From assembly GCA_049650305.1 (NCBI GenBank), contig JBARZW010000065.1, positions 10,585 through 74,584 of the forward strand: a DNA stretch of 64,000 bases, written 5' to 3'. Origin of the DNA: Candidatus Promineifilaceae bacterium (GTDB lineage: Bacteria > Chloroflexota > Anaerolineae > Promineifilales > Promineifilaceae). Under the pieces are notes generated by a model. The model did not search any database. It was not told the DNA's origin and was given only the letters and a program-made list of their open reading frames with translations. Position 1 is the stretch's first letter. Each line of letters opens with the position of its first letter. A program made the translations under genes and the position numbers. Of this stretch, positions 8,615 to 18,689 are shown one piece after another.

Positions 8615-9136
8615 TCACGGCAGTTGGTCAATCCGCCATCCAAGGGCGTCTGCATCGGCGCTGGCGATCAGCTCGTCCGGTATGTCAGCCAATGTCATAG
8701 CCGATTCTGCTGCTACTTTACCATCAGGGAGCACAATCTCTCCGGTAGCCTTTCCAAGCCGTCCTCGCAATCGAACAATCTTGCCCACAAGGTATAGAGG
8801 GGTCTCAGTCGGAATTGGATGACGATACTTTATTTCCATCCTGACCGACATCATGAAGTGATGGTGGTCGTCGATCATTGATACCCGGGCCACGACCTCG
8901 TCGAGCATAGCAGCCACGACGCCGCCATGAACCACGCCAGGATATCCCTGAAAAACCTCAGAGACCGTGTATTCCGAGAAAACTTCATTCTCTCCGTTGT
9001 CATAAAAGGACATGTAGAGGCCATTGGGGTTCTTCCGGCCGCATACAAAACAATAATCCGAGTTTGGTTGTCGATTGCGCAATGTCATTATTCCTAAGGC
9101 GATGGATTGGGCGCTCTTTGCGAACACCCATTCCAA
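8615..9136 (-). CDS. PaaI-family (hotdog fold) thioesterase
   Basis: CFVCGRKNPNGL followed by GYPGVVHGGVVAAMLDE, a typical hotdog thioesterase core. The start could instead be the internal MTLRN. Confidence 0.75.
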   Translation of the reverse strand: MEWVFAKSAQSIALGIMTLRNRQPNSDYCFVCGRKNPNGLYMSFYDNGENEVFSEYTVSEVFQGYPGVVHGGVVAAMLDEVVARVSMIDDHHHFMMSVRMEIKYRHPIPTETPLYLVGKIVRLRGRLGKATGEIVLPDGKVAAESAMTLADIPDELIASADADALGWRIDQLP

Positions 9137-9857
9137 AAGCAGCGATGTTTGTTTTTACATAACTAAATTATACCACAGCGAGTATCAACTTCTCTAGATG
9201 CCTGTCTAGTACCTCTATCCTGTTTTCGTTGGAGATGCTCGCCCTACCTGGATTTACTTGGTACACATCCACTGCTAACGATCTTCATAGATTTGTGCAC
9301 TACAATTCTGTTGATTTGGCTATTCGAGCTCAGGATCGGTTGATGAGAAGAACGCTTGCGTTTCTGTGCATGCCCTTTGCCATCGGCGGCTTCGTTTTCC
9401 TGGATCGACAGCGAATGCTGTTCGTACTTATCGACTCGGAGCCGGTAGACGGTGAACAATGATAGAGCCCGTTTGTTGGCTCAAATAAGGCCATTATGTT
9501 AATAGACTCGCTGGAGAACTCAAGTACTTCTTGCAGAGCTCAACCGCCAGATCGTTCAGAAATCATCCTTGATCCTCGGCGTTCATTCCTAATTAACCTC
9601 GGGGAAGGCCAGACAGGGTGCGAGCCAGTTGATCCATCCAGCGAGATTGCCTTAAAAATCAGTTCGCGATTGAACCAGGAATCATTCCCTCATCAACCTT
9701 GCCCTTCCGATCGCTCCCTTAAGATTCACTTAAGACAAACCATACACAGGCTTAAAGGCAATGACGCCATGGTATGTTAAGCTTCTGGTGCTCGCTGGAC
9801 AACCACCAGCTGGCTCGTACCGTAACTTAGAATAGTACCGATTTTGGAGGTATCTCG

Positions 9858-10850
9858 ATGAATATGACATCAATCCGTGATCTGAATATGCAAGTGAAAC
9901 AGGAATCAATATTCCTGCAAGATCTGCTTACGGAGATCAACAAAGTAATGGTCGGTCAAGACTTGCTCGTGGAGCGGGTACTGATCGCTCTGTTAGCCGA
10001 TGGGCACGTCCTGTTAGAAGGAGTTCCCGGTCTGGCGAAAACATTGCTGATTAAGACCGTTGCGCAGGCTATCCAGGCCGATTTCTCCCGGATCCAGTTT
10101 ACCCCGGATCTACTTCCGGCCGATCTAGTAGGTACCCAGATCTACAATCCTCGCACAAGCGAATTCAGCGTTCATCAGGGACCGGTTTTTGCTAACCTCA
10201 TCCTCGCGGATGAGATCAATCGTGCGCCGGCGAAAGTTCAAAGCGCTCTATTGGAAGCCATGCAAGAGCGCCAGGTGACCATCGGCGACACTACCTATTT
10301 AATGGAAGATCTCTTCCTAGTGCTGGCTACTCAAAACCCCATCGAGCAAGAGGGGACCTACCCTCTGCCCGAGGCACAGGTCGACCGGTTCATGCTCAAA
10401 GTTAAGGTGGATTACCCCTCAAGGGCTGAGGAAAGAATCATCGTAGATCGCATGACTGGAACACATTTGCCCGCCATCAATCCGGTTATCAACCCAGCCG
10501 ATATCATGCATGCGCGCGAAATGGTCCAACAGATCTATGTGGATGACAAGATCAAAGAGTATGTGTTGGATCTGGTATTAGCTACTCGCCAACCCGGGAA
10601 GAATGGGTTGGGCGACTTGAACACGCTGATCAGTTTTGGGGCTTCTCCTCGAGCTAGCATCTACCTGATTACAGCGGCCAGGGCCCACGCCTTCATCAAA
10701 GGTCGCGGATTCGTGACACCTGAGGATATCAAGCAAATTGCTCCTGATATTCTGCGCCACCGCATCATCACCTCATATGAAGCTGAAGCGGAGAGCATCA
10801 ATAGTGATCACATCGTGCAGCGCATTCTTGATCATACGGACGTCCCCTAG
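9858..10850 (+). CDS. MoxR-family AAA+ ATPase
   Basis: GVPGLAKT Walker A, ILADEINRA Walker B, ATQNPIEQEGTYPLPEAQVDRF. GGAGG RBS upstream. Confidence 0.9.
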   Translation: MNMTSIRDLNMQVKQESIFLQDLLTEINKVMVGQDLLVERVLIALLADGHVLLEGVPGLAKTLLIKTVAQAIQADFSRIQFTPDLLPADLVGTQIYNPRTSEFSVHQGPVFANLILADEINRAPAKVQSALLEAMQERQVTIGDTTYLMEDLFLVLATQNPIEQEGTYPLPEAQVDRFMLKVKVDYPSRAEERIIVDRMTGTHLPAINPVINPADIMHAREMVQQIYVDDKIKEYVLDLVLATRQPGKNGLGDLNTLISFGASPRASIYLITAARAHAFIKGRGFVTPEDIKQIAPDILRHRIITSYEAEAESINSDHIVQRILDHTDVP

Positions 10851-10946
10851 TCAGGACACCAACAAATAACCTCGAGCCTGTATGTCGATGTTGTGAACGT
10901 CCAGGTCAATAAGCGCTTCGGTAAACTGGCTCCTACGTTTGATTAA

Positions 10947-11846
10947 ATGGTGGTCACTATGATTACTTCAGACCTGATTAAGAAAATACGTCGGATCGAA
11001 ATACGAACTCGCCGGCTTGTCAACGATAGCTACGCCGGTGATTATCACTCGATCTTCAAGGGCCGTGGTATGGAGTTCGACGAAGTTCGACCATACCAGA
11101 TCGGCGACGAAATACGAACGATTGATTGGAACGTCACCGCACGGACGGGCGAGCCCTATGTGAAACGCTATGTAGAAGAAAGAGAGCTGACCGTAATGTT
11201 GGTTGTTGATGCCAGCGCCTCGGAGAATTTCGGCTCTGTGAACAGGTTCAAGCGAGAGCTCGCCGCCGAATTGACCGCAGTACTCTCATTTGCAGCTACC
11301 ACGAATAACGACAGAGTTGGTCTGCTCATCTTTACGGACCAAATTGAGCTATATATTCCTCCCAGGAAAGGCCGGCGTCACGTGCTAAGGATCATCCGCG
11401 AGCTTCTGGCATTCGTGCCGGAAAAACGTGGCACTGACATCAAAATGGCTCTTGAGAAAGTTAATCAAATGCTGAAACGTAGAAGTATCATCTTTCTCGT
11501 ATCCGACTTCCTGGCCGATCCTGAAAGCTATCGCAAAGCGATATCGATTACCAACAGGCGGCACGACGTAATCGCCGTGGATCTCCATGATCCCCTGGAA
11601 AGTGAGATAAAGGGAGTTGGCCTTATTGCTCTTGAAGATCCCGAGACAGATGAGATTGTCTGGGTTGATACAAACAGTAAGGTGTGGCAGATGGCATATA
11701 GCGACAATGTTCAGCGTTTAGAAGATGGCAAGTCACGCGTCTTCAGGCAGTCCAAGGTAGATCACATCGACATCGGAACAGATGAGGACTACACAGTGCC
11801 TCTCACGTCTTTCTTCAGGGAAAGAGCAAGGCGTATCCGCCACTAG
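10947..11846 (+). CDS. DUF58 domain protein (MoxR partner)
   Basis: YQIGDEIRTIDWNVTAR motif followed by a VWA-like VVDASAS segment. It follows moxR directly, the standard arrangement. The start may be ATG 10959. Confidence 0.85.
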   Translation: MVVTMITSDLIKKIRRIEIRTRRLVNDSYAGDYHSIFKGRGMEFDEVRPYQIGDEIRTIDWNVTARTGEPYVKRYVEERELTVMLVVDASASENFGSVNRFKRELAAELTAVLSFAATTNNDRVGLLIFTDQIELYIPPRKGRRHVLRIIRELLAFVPEKRGTDIKMALEKVNQMLKRRSIIFLVSDFLADPESYRKAISITNRRHDVIAVDLHDPLESEIKGVGLIALEDPETDEIVWVDTNSKVWQMAYSDNVQRLEDGKSRVFRQSKVDHIDIGTDEDYTVPLTSFFRERARRIRH

Positions 11847-11862
11847 TAAATGGTTCAACAAT

Positions 11863-12900
11863 ATGAACAGAAAATTACTTCTGATACCACTAATCCTTAT
11901 AGGTACCATGCTTGCTGCTGGCCCAGCGGCGGCTCAGGTGGACGATTCCATTGAAGCTTCCATGAGCGTCATTCCAGGAGACCATACTGTGGGTGACCCG
12001 ATCCAGCTGCAACTGGTCGTCAATCATCCTGCTAATAGCCATGTCATTATCCCTGAGCTGGAGTCTGAGTGGGGAAATTTCATAGTCCATTCGCAATCTC
12101 CTCCTGAATCCATCGTGAACGAAGATGGCGACAAGACGACCACACAGATGATTGACGTCCGTCTTTTCGCTCCCGGCGATTTCTCAACGCTGCCGCTATC
12201 TATAACAGTAGCCGGCGCCGACGGGCAACTATCCGAGGTGAATATCGATCCCATATCGGTATCGATCTCATCTGTACTCGTAGAAGGCGATGAGGCGCTT
12301 CGTGATATCAAACCGCAGGCTGATCTTCCTTATCTTGTAATCCTGCCGTGGATAATCGCCGCTGCGGCTATGGTTATCATCGCTTTGGCTGTCGCCTGGT
12401 TAATCAGACGCCGAAGGTCGGCCATCGTCATATCGGGAATCGATCTCCGCTTGCCCCATGAAGTAGCCCTAGACCGGCTAACTCGGCTCGAAAAGCTCGA
12501 TCTGCCTAATGAAGGTCGTTTTAAAGAACACTACACACTGGTTTCGGACTGTATCCGCATCTATGTAGAGAGGGCTTTCCACATAGCCGTGATGGAGAGA
12601 ACTACGGCTGAGATACAGCGGAGTATCAAACAAACCGCGATCTCGCCGACAGTGGTCCACCAGTTTATATCTCTGCTGGATGAGAGCGATTTGGTCAAAT
12701 TCTCGAAGTTCACTCCGAACGTTTCTGATGCCAGGCAAGCGTTACAGATTGGTCGTTCGATCGTTGAGGAAACGATGCTTCTTAATCAGCCTGATTACAT
12801 TTCGGGCTCTGCTGTTTCCCTCGCTAGAGCGGCCGGTGACCCCTCAGATCCTACTCTTTCAGTTAACGGAAATTATCGTCAAACAGAGGTGCGAGCATGA
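11863..12900 (+). CDS. Bat-operon membrane protein (signal peptide, extracytoplasmic domain, TM, cytoplasmic DUF4381-like tail)
   Basis: Start chosen at MNRKLLLIPLILIGTMLAAGPAAAQ. It has a mid-protein TM followed by RRRR, and it occupies the third slot of Bat-type operons. Confidence 0.7.
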   Translation: MNRKLLLIPLILIGTMLAAGPAAAQVDDSIEASMSVIPGDHTVGDPIQLQLVVNHPANSHVIIPELESEWGNFIVHSQSPPESIVNEDGDKTTTQMIDVRLFAPGDFSTLPLSITVAGADGQLSEVNIDPISVSISSVLVEGDEALRDIKPQADLPYLVILPWIIAAAAMVIIALAVAWLIRRRRSAIVISGIDLRLPHEVALDRLTRLEKLDLPNEGRFKEHYTLVSDCIRIYVERAFHIAVMERTTAEIQRSIKQTAISPTVVHQFISLLDESDLVKFSKFTPNVSDARQALQIGRSIVEETMLLNQPDYISGSAVSLARAAGDPSDPTLSVNGNYRQTEVRA

Positions 12901-13907
12901 CATTTCGTTTTGCTAATCCCTGGATATTAGCGCTTGCAGTGATCGTTCCGCTGCTCCTAGCAGGTCGCTATTATCTGGCTAGGCAACAGACTAGACCGGC
13001 GACAATGAAGTATGCCGCTGCAAGTCTAGGAAAAATACTACCAAGTACGTGGCGAGTGACTTGGCGACCGCTTCTGATCGCCATGCGTCTGTCGGCAATA
13101 GGATTGATCTTAGTCGGCCTGGCTCGCCCACAGATTGTGCAAGGACGGGAAACAATTACAGGCGAAGGCGTAGAGATTGCTCTTGCACTTGATATTTCGG
13201 GAAGTATGGCCTCCCTTGACTTCGAGCCGAAAAACCGTTTAGAGGCTGCGAAGCAGGTTATAGGCGATTTCGTCGAGGAACGACCCTATGATAAGTTGGG
13301 ACTCGTTATCTTCTCGAACGAAGCCTTTAACCAGAGTCCGCTAACACTCGATCACAGAATGCTCTCTCGCTCGCTTGAGCAGGTAGAGCTGGCGACGGAC
13401 CTTGGAATCGACGATGGGACGGCCATTGGATTGGGTATTGCCAATGCTGCCAATATGCTCGCCAACAGTGAAGCGGAGAGCAAGGTAATAGTCTTACTGA
13501 CAGATGGCGTCAACAACGCGGGTCAGATCGATCCCCTGACGGCCGCGGAGGCCGCCAAGGCGTTAGATATCAAGGTCTACACAATTGGGGCTGCCAAACC
13601 CGGACAAGTACCCGTGCCGGTCCAGTCTCTCTTCGGTGGCACTCAGGTCAGTTATCAAGAAAGTGTACTCGACGAAGCAACCCTCCAACAGGTCGCCGAT
13701 ACCACTGGTGGCAAATACTTCCGGGCCGAGGACACAGACGGTCTAGAGGCGGTCTATGAAGAGATCAACGATCTGGAAAAATCGCAGGTCGAGATCCAGG
13801 TCTTTAATCAATATGACGAACTTGTCGCTTTGCTCCTGGTCCCCGCGCTTCTGATATTGGCGCTGGAAACCATTCTCAGGAACACAGCGTTCATGACGAT
13901 TCCCTAA
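12897..13907 (+). CDS. batA: VWA domain protein, BatA-like
   Basis: N-terminal double TM (FANPWIL), MIDAS DISGSM, VLLTDGVNN, C-terminal TM. Start overlaps the upstream stop. Confidence 0.85.
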   Translation: MTFRFANPWILALAVIVPLLLAGRYYLARQQTRPATMKYAAASLGKILPSTWRVTWRPLLIAMRLSAIGLILVGLARPQIVQGRETITGEGVEIALALDISGSMASLDFEPKNRLEAAKQVIGDFVEERPYDKLGLVIFSNEAFNQSPLTLDHRMLSRSLEQVELATDLGIDDGTAIGLGIANAANMLANSEAESKVIVLLTDGVNNAGQIDPLTAAEAAKALDIKVYTIGAAKPGQVPVPVQSLFGGTQVSYQESVLDEATLQQVADTTGGKYFRAEDTDGLEAVYEEINDLEKSQVEIQVFNQYDELVALLLVPALLILALETILRNTAFMTIP

Positions 13908-13916
13908 AGGTGAACT

Positions 13917-15014
13917 ATGACTTTCGCGAATCCCCAATTCTTGCTGCTAGGTTTGATCCTAATTCCAGCAGTCGTCTTATTCCTTCTATGGGCCAGCAAA
14001 CGGCGCAGACAGGCGCTTCGCCTGTTGGGAGAGAAGAAGCTGATCGAACGTCTGAGCGATAATCTAAACTGGCGTGGCCGGCGTTGGCGTTCGGCTCTGC
14101 GGCTGGCTGCCTTACTCCTGCTCATTCTTGCCCTCGCCCGACCCCAGTGGGGCAGCGAGGTTAGAGAAATAGAACAAGAAGGCTTACAGGTTATGGTAGC
14201 CCTTGATGTCTCCCAAAGCATGCTTGCCGAGGATATCAAACCGACTCGCTTGGACAGGGCGAAACTTGAAATTGCCGACTTGATGGAAAGGCTGGATGGA
14301 GATGAAGTTGGGCTAGTGCTGTTCTCTGGCGCGAGCTTCATTCAGGTCCCGCTAACCTCTGATTACCTGACAGCTCTTTCATACCTCGATAACGCCAGAC
14401 CGAATGTCATCTCGAGACCAGGTACTGTGATCGGAGACGCCATTCGAACTGCCGTGAATGGCTTCGATCCCAACCTATCCAGCCAGAAGGTCCTTGTAGT
14501 AATGACAGATGGTGAAGATAGCGAGACCGATCCCATTGCAGCAGCACAAGAGGCTGCTGGACAGGATATTCTCATCTATACAATTGGATTTGGTACTCTG
14601 GAAGGAGAACCGGTACCCGAGACAAACCAGTATGGTGATGTCATAGGTTACAAGAGAGATGAACAAGGTAACGCGGTGCTTTCGAGGCTAGATGAAGTGA
14701 CTCTGCAGGAAGTAGCTCAGACTGGAAACGGCGAATACTATCGCGCTTCTGCGAACGGGGCCGAACTAGACAGTCTCTTATCGGAGATCGATCAGCTACA
14801 AAAGGCCCAATTGGAAAGCCGGTTCGAAACCCGCCAGATCGATCGTTTTCAGATCTTCTTAGCGCTGGCGGTTGCCTCTTTGCTCCTTGGAGAGTTAATT
14901 CCAGACCGGCGCTCCGAGGGATCATTCCCGAAGTGGAAAACGTGGATAGCGCGTTCTTCACACACAAGAGCCGTGGTAGGAAATGAACCATCGGTTGAAA
15001 GCACGTCCCACTAA
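13917..15014 (+). CDS. batB: VWA domain protein, BatB-like
   Basis: FANPQFLLL N-terminus, MIDAS DVSQSM, VVMTDGED. Confidence 0.85.
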   Translation: MTFANPQFLLLGLILIPAVVLFLLWASKRRRQALRLLGEKKLIERLSDNLNWRGRRWRSALRLAALLLLILALARPQWGSEVREIEQEGLQVMVALDVSQSMLAEDIKPTRLDRAKLEIADLMERLDGDEVGLVLFSGASFIQVPLTSDYLTALSYLDNARPNVISRPGTVIGDAIRTAVNGFDPNLSSQKVLVVMTDGEDSETDPIAAAQEAAGQDILIYTIGFGTLEGEPVPETNQYGDVIGYKRDEQGNAVLSRLDEVTLQEVAQTGNGEYYRASANGAELDSLLSEIDQLQKAQLESRFETRQIDRFQIFLALAVASLLLGELIPDRRSEGSFPKWKTWIARSSHTRAVVGNEPSVESTSH

Positions 15015-15031
15015 TACACGAGGTTATTCTT

Positions 15032-15871
15032 ATGATTCGAGTAAATAGGATCCAGACAGTAATCATTTTTGGCTTGCTAACGATGGGCTTACTGGCGACA
15101 GCTTGCAGCCCATCGGCCGAGAAGCTCAATAAAGATGGGAATGAGGCGTATGCCGAAGAAGCCTATCTGGAAGCGCTGGCAGCATACGAAGCCGCCCTGA
15201 TTGAGTCTCCTGAATTGGCTGAGCCATATTACAACGCTGCTAATACCCTCTACCGGGAAGGCGCGTTTTCAGAAGCCACAATGTTGATGCAGGAGGCACT
15301 GAAGTACGCCGATGCCGATTCTTTGGAGCAAAGCAGTTTCTACAATACGGGAAACTCTTCCTTCAATCTTCAAGAGTGGGAGGCGGCGATAGCGGCATAC
15401 ACTGAGGCACTACTGCGAAATCCTGATGATCAGGATGCCAAATACAATCTCGAGCTCGCTTTGCAGCAACTGCAGCAGCAGCAACAAGAACAACAGCAAG
15501 AAGAGAATGAGGAGCAGCAAGAAGAGCAGTCTCAGGATGGAGAAAGTCAAGAGGACGAGCAGCAGGACCAGTCTCAAAGCGGTCAAGATCAACAAGATCA
15601 GGATCAAGTAGACCAGGACCAGCAACAAGATGATCAATCGTCCGAAGGCGATGAAAACCAGGAGCAGGACAACGACGACGGTCAGCCGCAAGATGAGGAG
15701 GGTTCCGATGAGCAAGAGAGCCCAAGCCAGATGCCCCAGCCGGGGCAGCGAATGACCGCTGAACAAGCCCGTCAGCTGCTGGCGGCAATCGCCCAAGATA
15801 CCGAAACGCTTCAGGAGAGACTTGGTCAGATATTTATCGCCCCGCCGATCCCGCCCGCTCAGGACTGGTAA
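15032..15871 (+). CDS. batC: TPR-repeat lipoprotein, BatC-like, with a long acidic Q/E/D-rich tail
   Basis: Lipobox LATAC, TPR-like YYNAANTLYREG and AIAAYTEALLRNPDD, then roughly 100 aa of Q/E/D low complexity. Confidence 0.75.
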   Translation: MIRVNRIQTVIIFGLLTMGLLATACSPSAEKLNKDGNEAYAEEAYLEALAAYEAALIESPELAEPYYNAANTLYREGAFSEATMLMQEALKYADADSLEQSSFYNTGNSSFNLQEWEAAIAAYTEALLRNPDDQDAKYNLELALQQLQQQQQEQQQEENEEQQEEQSQDGESQEDEQQDQSQSGQDQQDQDQVDQDQQQDDQSSEGDENQEQDNDDGQPQDEEGSDEQESPSQMPQPGQRMTAEQARQLLAAIAQDTETLQERLGQIFIAPPIPPAQDW

Positions 15872-15902
15872 TATCGGCATGGCCGTTGATGGAGTAAGAA
15901 CC

Positions 15903-17762
15903 ATGAAGAGAGCAAGAATTTTACTTATACCAATTCTAGCCATCATCTTGGCGGTGACAGTTGGCAGGGTCAATGCCCAATCCCCAGTATCAGCCGAGGT
16001 CGATCGAACGACTCTCAGCACCGACGAATTACTGACGTTGACCATATCAATCGATGCGTCGGCAAGCATTGACTCCCGCCCAGAAATACCCCCTCTCAAT
16101 GGCTTCGAAATCGTGGGCTCTTACAGCGGAACCCAGATGAGTATTATTAATGGAAATATGAGCGTCCAAGAGACGTATACGTATCAGTTGCGGCCGACGC
16201 AGGTAGGAAACCTGGCAATCGATTCAATTTCGGTTAACGTTAGTGGGCAGACATATCGCACCGAGCCAATCCAAATAATCGTCACTCAAGGAACTGGTGT
16301 TCCTCAACCGGCTAATCCAATGGTGCCGAGTATGCCTTCGTTCCCTTCGTTCCCATCGTTACCGTCTTTTCCATCCTTGCCATCACCTTCTACCTCGCCG
16401 GCCCAACCACTAGATCCCTCTGTCGTTCCGGATCAGTTAAACGGACAGGACTTCTTCGTGGAAGCGGTCGTCGACAATCTTCGACCCTATCAGGGACAGC
16501 AGGTCGTCTATACCTTGCGATTTTTCCGGTCCGTCGCCCTTGTTGGTCAGGCAAATTACCAGACACCTAATTTCACCGGCTTCTGGACGCATACACATCC
16601 AGACCAGAGTGAATTCTCTGTTTCCAAAGCAGGACGTAATTACCAGTTGACCGAATTAAGAACCATACTCTTTCCGACGGTCGTCGGAGAAGTGACTATC
16701 GATCCCGCGAGTTTTTCTATTCCTGGTGGCTTCTTTAGCCAGAGTAAAGAGATTCTTTCAAATTCGGTTGCACTGGATGTCCAGCCTCTGCCGGATGGAG
16801 CTCCCGCGACCTTCACAGGCGCCGTCGGCCAGTTCGACATCCACACTTCGGTGGACCATCCGGAAACCAAGGTGAATGAGACTGTCACTTGGGAAGTGAC
16901 GATTAGCGGCCAAGGCAACATAGACAATCTGACCGATCCGGTTTGGCCTGAAACATCGGAGTGGAGGGCTTTTGACAGTGAAGCATCGGTAAGCACACAG
17001 ATCGCAAACAATGTATTTGGCGGCGCTCGAACCATCGAACGCGTTCTTGTGCCAACGATTTCCGGCGCCCTAACGCTCCCCTCAGTCGAGTTCCCCTATT
17101 TCGATCCTGACACCGCCCAATACGTGACTATCAGTTCAGATCCTATCGAAGTAAAGGTTGGACCTAATTCCGGAGGTTCGGCCCCTGCGATTGGTTCTCA
17201 ATCAAATTCGGTACCACCGTCGATTGTTGACCAGCAGGTGTCTGTTTCTGAGCCATCAGCGGGAATTCGGCCTAACAAACCGGCCGTGTCCACATGGGCG
17301 ATCGGCTCGCCCTTGGTGACCGATCGTTCTGGTTACTGGCTTCTTTGGGCAACGCCTTTGTTGCTAATAGCCGGTCATTTGGGTTGGCAGTGGCGTCAAC
17401 GACACCGGCATGAGACGTCCGAAATCCGTCGAACCCACCAGGCTAAAAAGGTTGCTCGTAACTCATTGAGAAAAGTAAAAAACAACGACTCCAGCAAATT
17501 CGAGACCGCCGGTCGATTTCTTTCAGAATACATTTCGACCCGGCTAAACCGATCTATCGTTGGTTTAACGCAAGCCCAGGTCTCGACATTGCTACTCGAA
17601 AGAGGGATCGACCCGCAGCTGGTTGACAGGGTTGGGCATGTCCTCACCCTCAGCGATATGGGTCGCTACGCGCCTTCATCTGGTGGTGTGGACGACGAGG
17701 ATATCGTCAGCACTGTTGAACATCTGATAGATGAACTTGACCGATCTTTCAGTCAACAATAA
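15903..17762 (+). CDS. batD: BatD-like (oxygen tolerance family) membrane protein
   Basis: Start chosen at MKRARILLIPILAIILA with GGAG upstream. It has repeated beta-rich extracytoplasmic segments, a late TM (YWLLWATPLLLIAGHL) and a cytoplasmic tail. The track ORF begins at 15822 inside batC. Confidence 0.75.
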   Translation: MKRARILLIPILAIILAVTVGRVNAQSPVSAEVDRTTLSTDELLTLTISIDASASIDSRPEIPPLNGFEIVGSYSGTQMSIINGNMSVQETYTYQLRPTQVGNLAIDSISVNVSGQTYRTEPIQIIVTQGTGVPQPANPMVPSMPSFPSFPSLPSFPSLPSPSTSPAQPLDPSVVPDQLNGQDFFVEAVVDNLRPYQGQQVVYTLRFFRSVALVGQANYQTPNFTGFWTHTHPDQSEFSVSKAGRNYQLTELRTILFPTVVGEVTIDPASFSIPGGFFSQSKEILSNSVALDVQPLPDGAPATFTGAVGQFDIHTSVDHPETKVNETVTWEVTISGQGNIDNLTDPVWPETSEWRAFDSEASVSTQIANNVFGGARTIERVLVPTISGALTLPSVEFPYFDPDTAQYVTISSDPIEVKVGPNSGGSAPAIGSQSNSVPPSIVDQQVSVSEPSAGIRPNKPAVSTWAIGSPLVTDRSGYWLLWATPLLLIAGHLGWQWRQRHRHETSEIRRTHQAKKVARNSLRKVKNNDSSKFETAGRFLSEYISTRLNRSIVGLTQAQVSTLLLERGIDPQLVDRVGHVLTLSDMGRYAPSSGGVDDEDIVSTVEHLIDELDRSFSQQ

Positions 17763-17843
17763 TTAATTGATTGGGAAAGATCATAGCACAATAAGCGTGC
17801 GACATTCAGCGAATAATTATGACGGATCGGAGAGGAAACTATC

Positions 17844-18668
17844 ATGTGGCGTAGTCTTATAAAAGTACTAGGTTCTGGCATCTTACTGTTGCTGATCCTT
17901 ATTGTCGGTATGAACTTCTTGATGCCGCAGAGCACGGCAAACATCGATGCCGTACAAACTGCCAACCAGCTTTATGATAACGATAATTTGGTAGAGGCTA
18001 TCGAGATATACGAACAACTCAAAGCCCAGGGCGTGCATGACAGCGTTGTCTTCTACAATCTGGGAAATGCCTACTACCGGTCAGGTGACCTCGGTCGTGC
18101 GCTCACAAACTACAGCCGCGCCGCTCAATTGGAGCCGCGCGATCCGGACATCAAGGCAAACCTGAATCTCGCCCGAAGTCAGATATCGGAACCGTTTATC
18201 GAGGATGATCCCGGCTTTGCCGGAGTTCTATCAAGAATTACTGATGGATGGTTGAGCGTGAATGAAGCTGCGATGATCGCCCTGTCTCTGTGGTTCATGG
18301 CTGGGCTTCTTTTTATAGGCATGCGCTATACGCAAGATAGGGATACACGAGCTGGCCTTCAATACGCAGCCCTATTAGTCATCCTTCTCCTACTGCTTAC
18401 GGGCTTATCTCTGAGCAGCCGGCTATACGTAGAGCAGACTCATCCGGAGGGCGTCGTCGTAGTACCAACTATTGCAGTCAGCAGTGAGCCCAATGATGGA
18501 TTCACCACCGATATACAGCTCTCCAGTGGCGCCGAGGTCAGATTTGTCGAAACTATCGGGAATTGGGGCCGCTTGGCAATTCCAGGCGACTCGATTCAGA
18601 GCTGGATTCCACTCGAGACCGTTGAAATGGTCGCCGCTCTATCACCCGGACTCTCCCTACTCGGCTAA
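17844..18668 (+). CDS. batE: TPR plus SH3-like domain membrane protein, BatE-like
   Basis: TPR-like VFYNLGNAYYRSGDLGRALTNYSRAAQLEPRDPD, internal TMs and a C-terminal SH3-like WGRLAIPGDSIQSWIPLETV. It is the last gene of the Bat-type operon. Confidence 0.65.
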   Translation: MWRSLIKVLGSGILLLLILIVGMNFLMPQSTANIDAVQTANQLYDNDNLVEAIEIYEQLKAQGVHDSVVFYNLGNAYYRSGDLGRALTNYSRAAQLEPRDPDIKANLNLARSQISEPFIEDDPGFAGVLSRITDGWLSVNEAAMIALSLWFMAGLLFIGMRYTQDRDTRAGLQYAALLVILLLLLTGLSLSSRLYVEQTHPEGVVVVPTIAVSSEPNDGFTTDIQLSSGAEVRFVETIGNWGRLAIPGDSIQSWIPLETVEMVAALSPGLSLLG

Positions 18669-18689
18669 CAGTCTGCAGGTCATCCGGCC

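Noticed and set aside
15363-16099. Minus-strand ORFs 15363..15788 and 15410..16099, and plus-strand ORF 15426..15611
   Set aside because: They lie within or antisense to the CAG/CAA/GAA low-complexity DNA encoding the batC acidic tail. Their long L-rich or S/K-rich translations are an artefact of the repeat composition.
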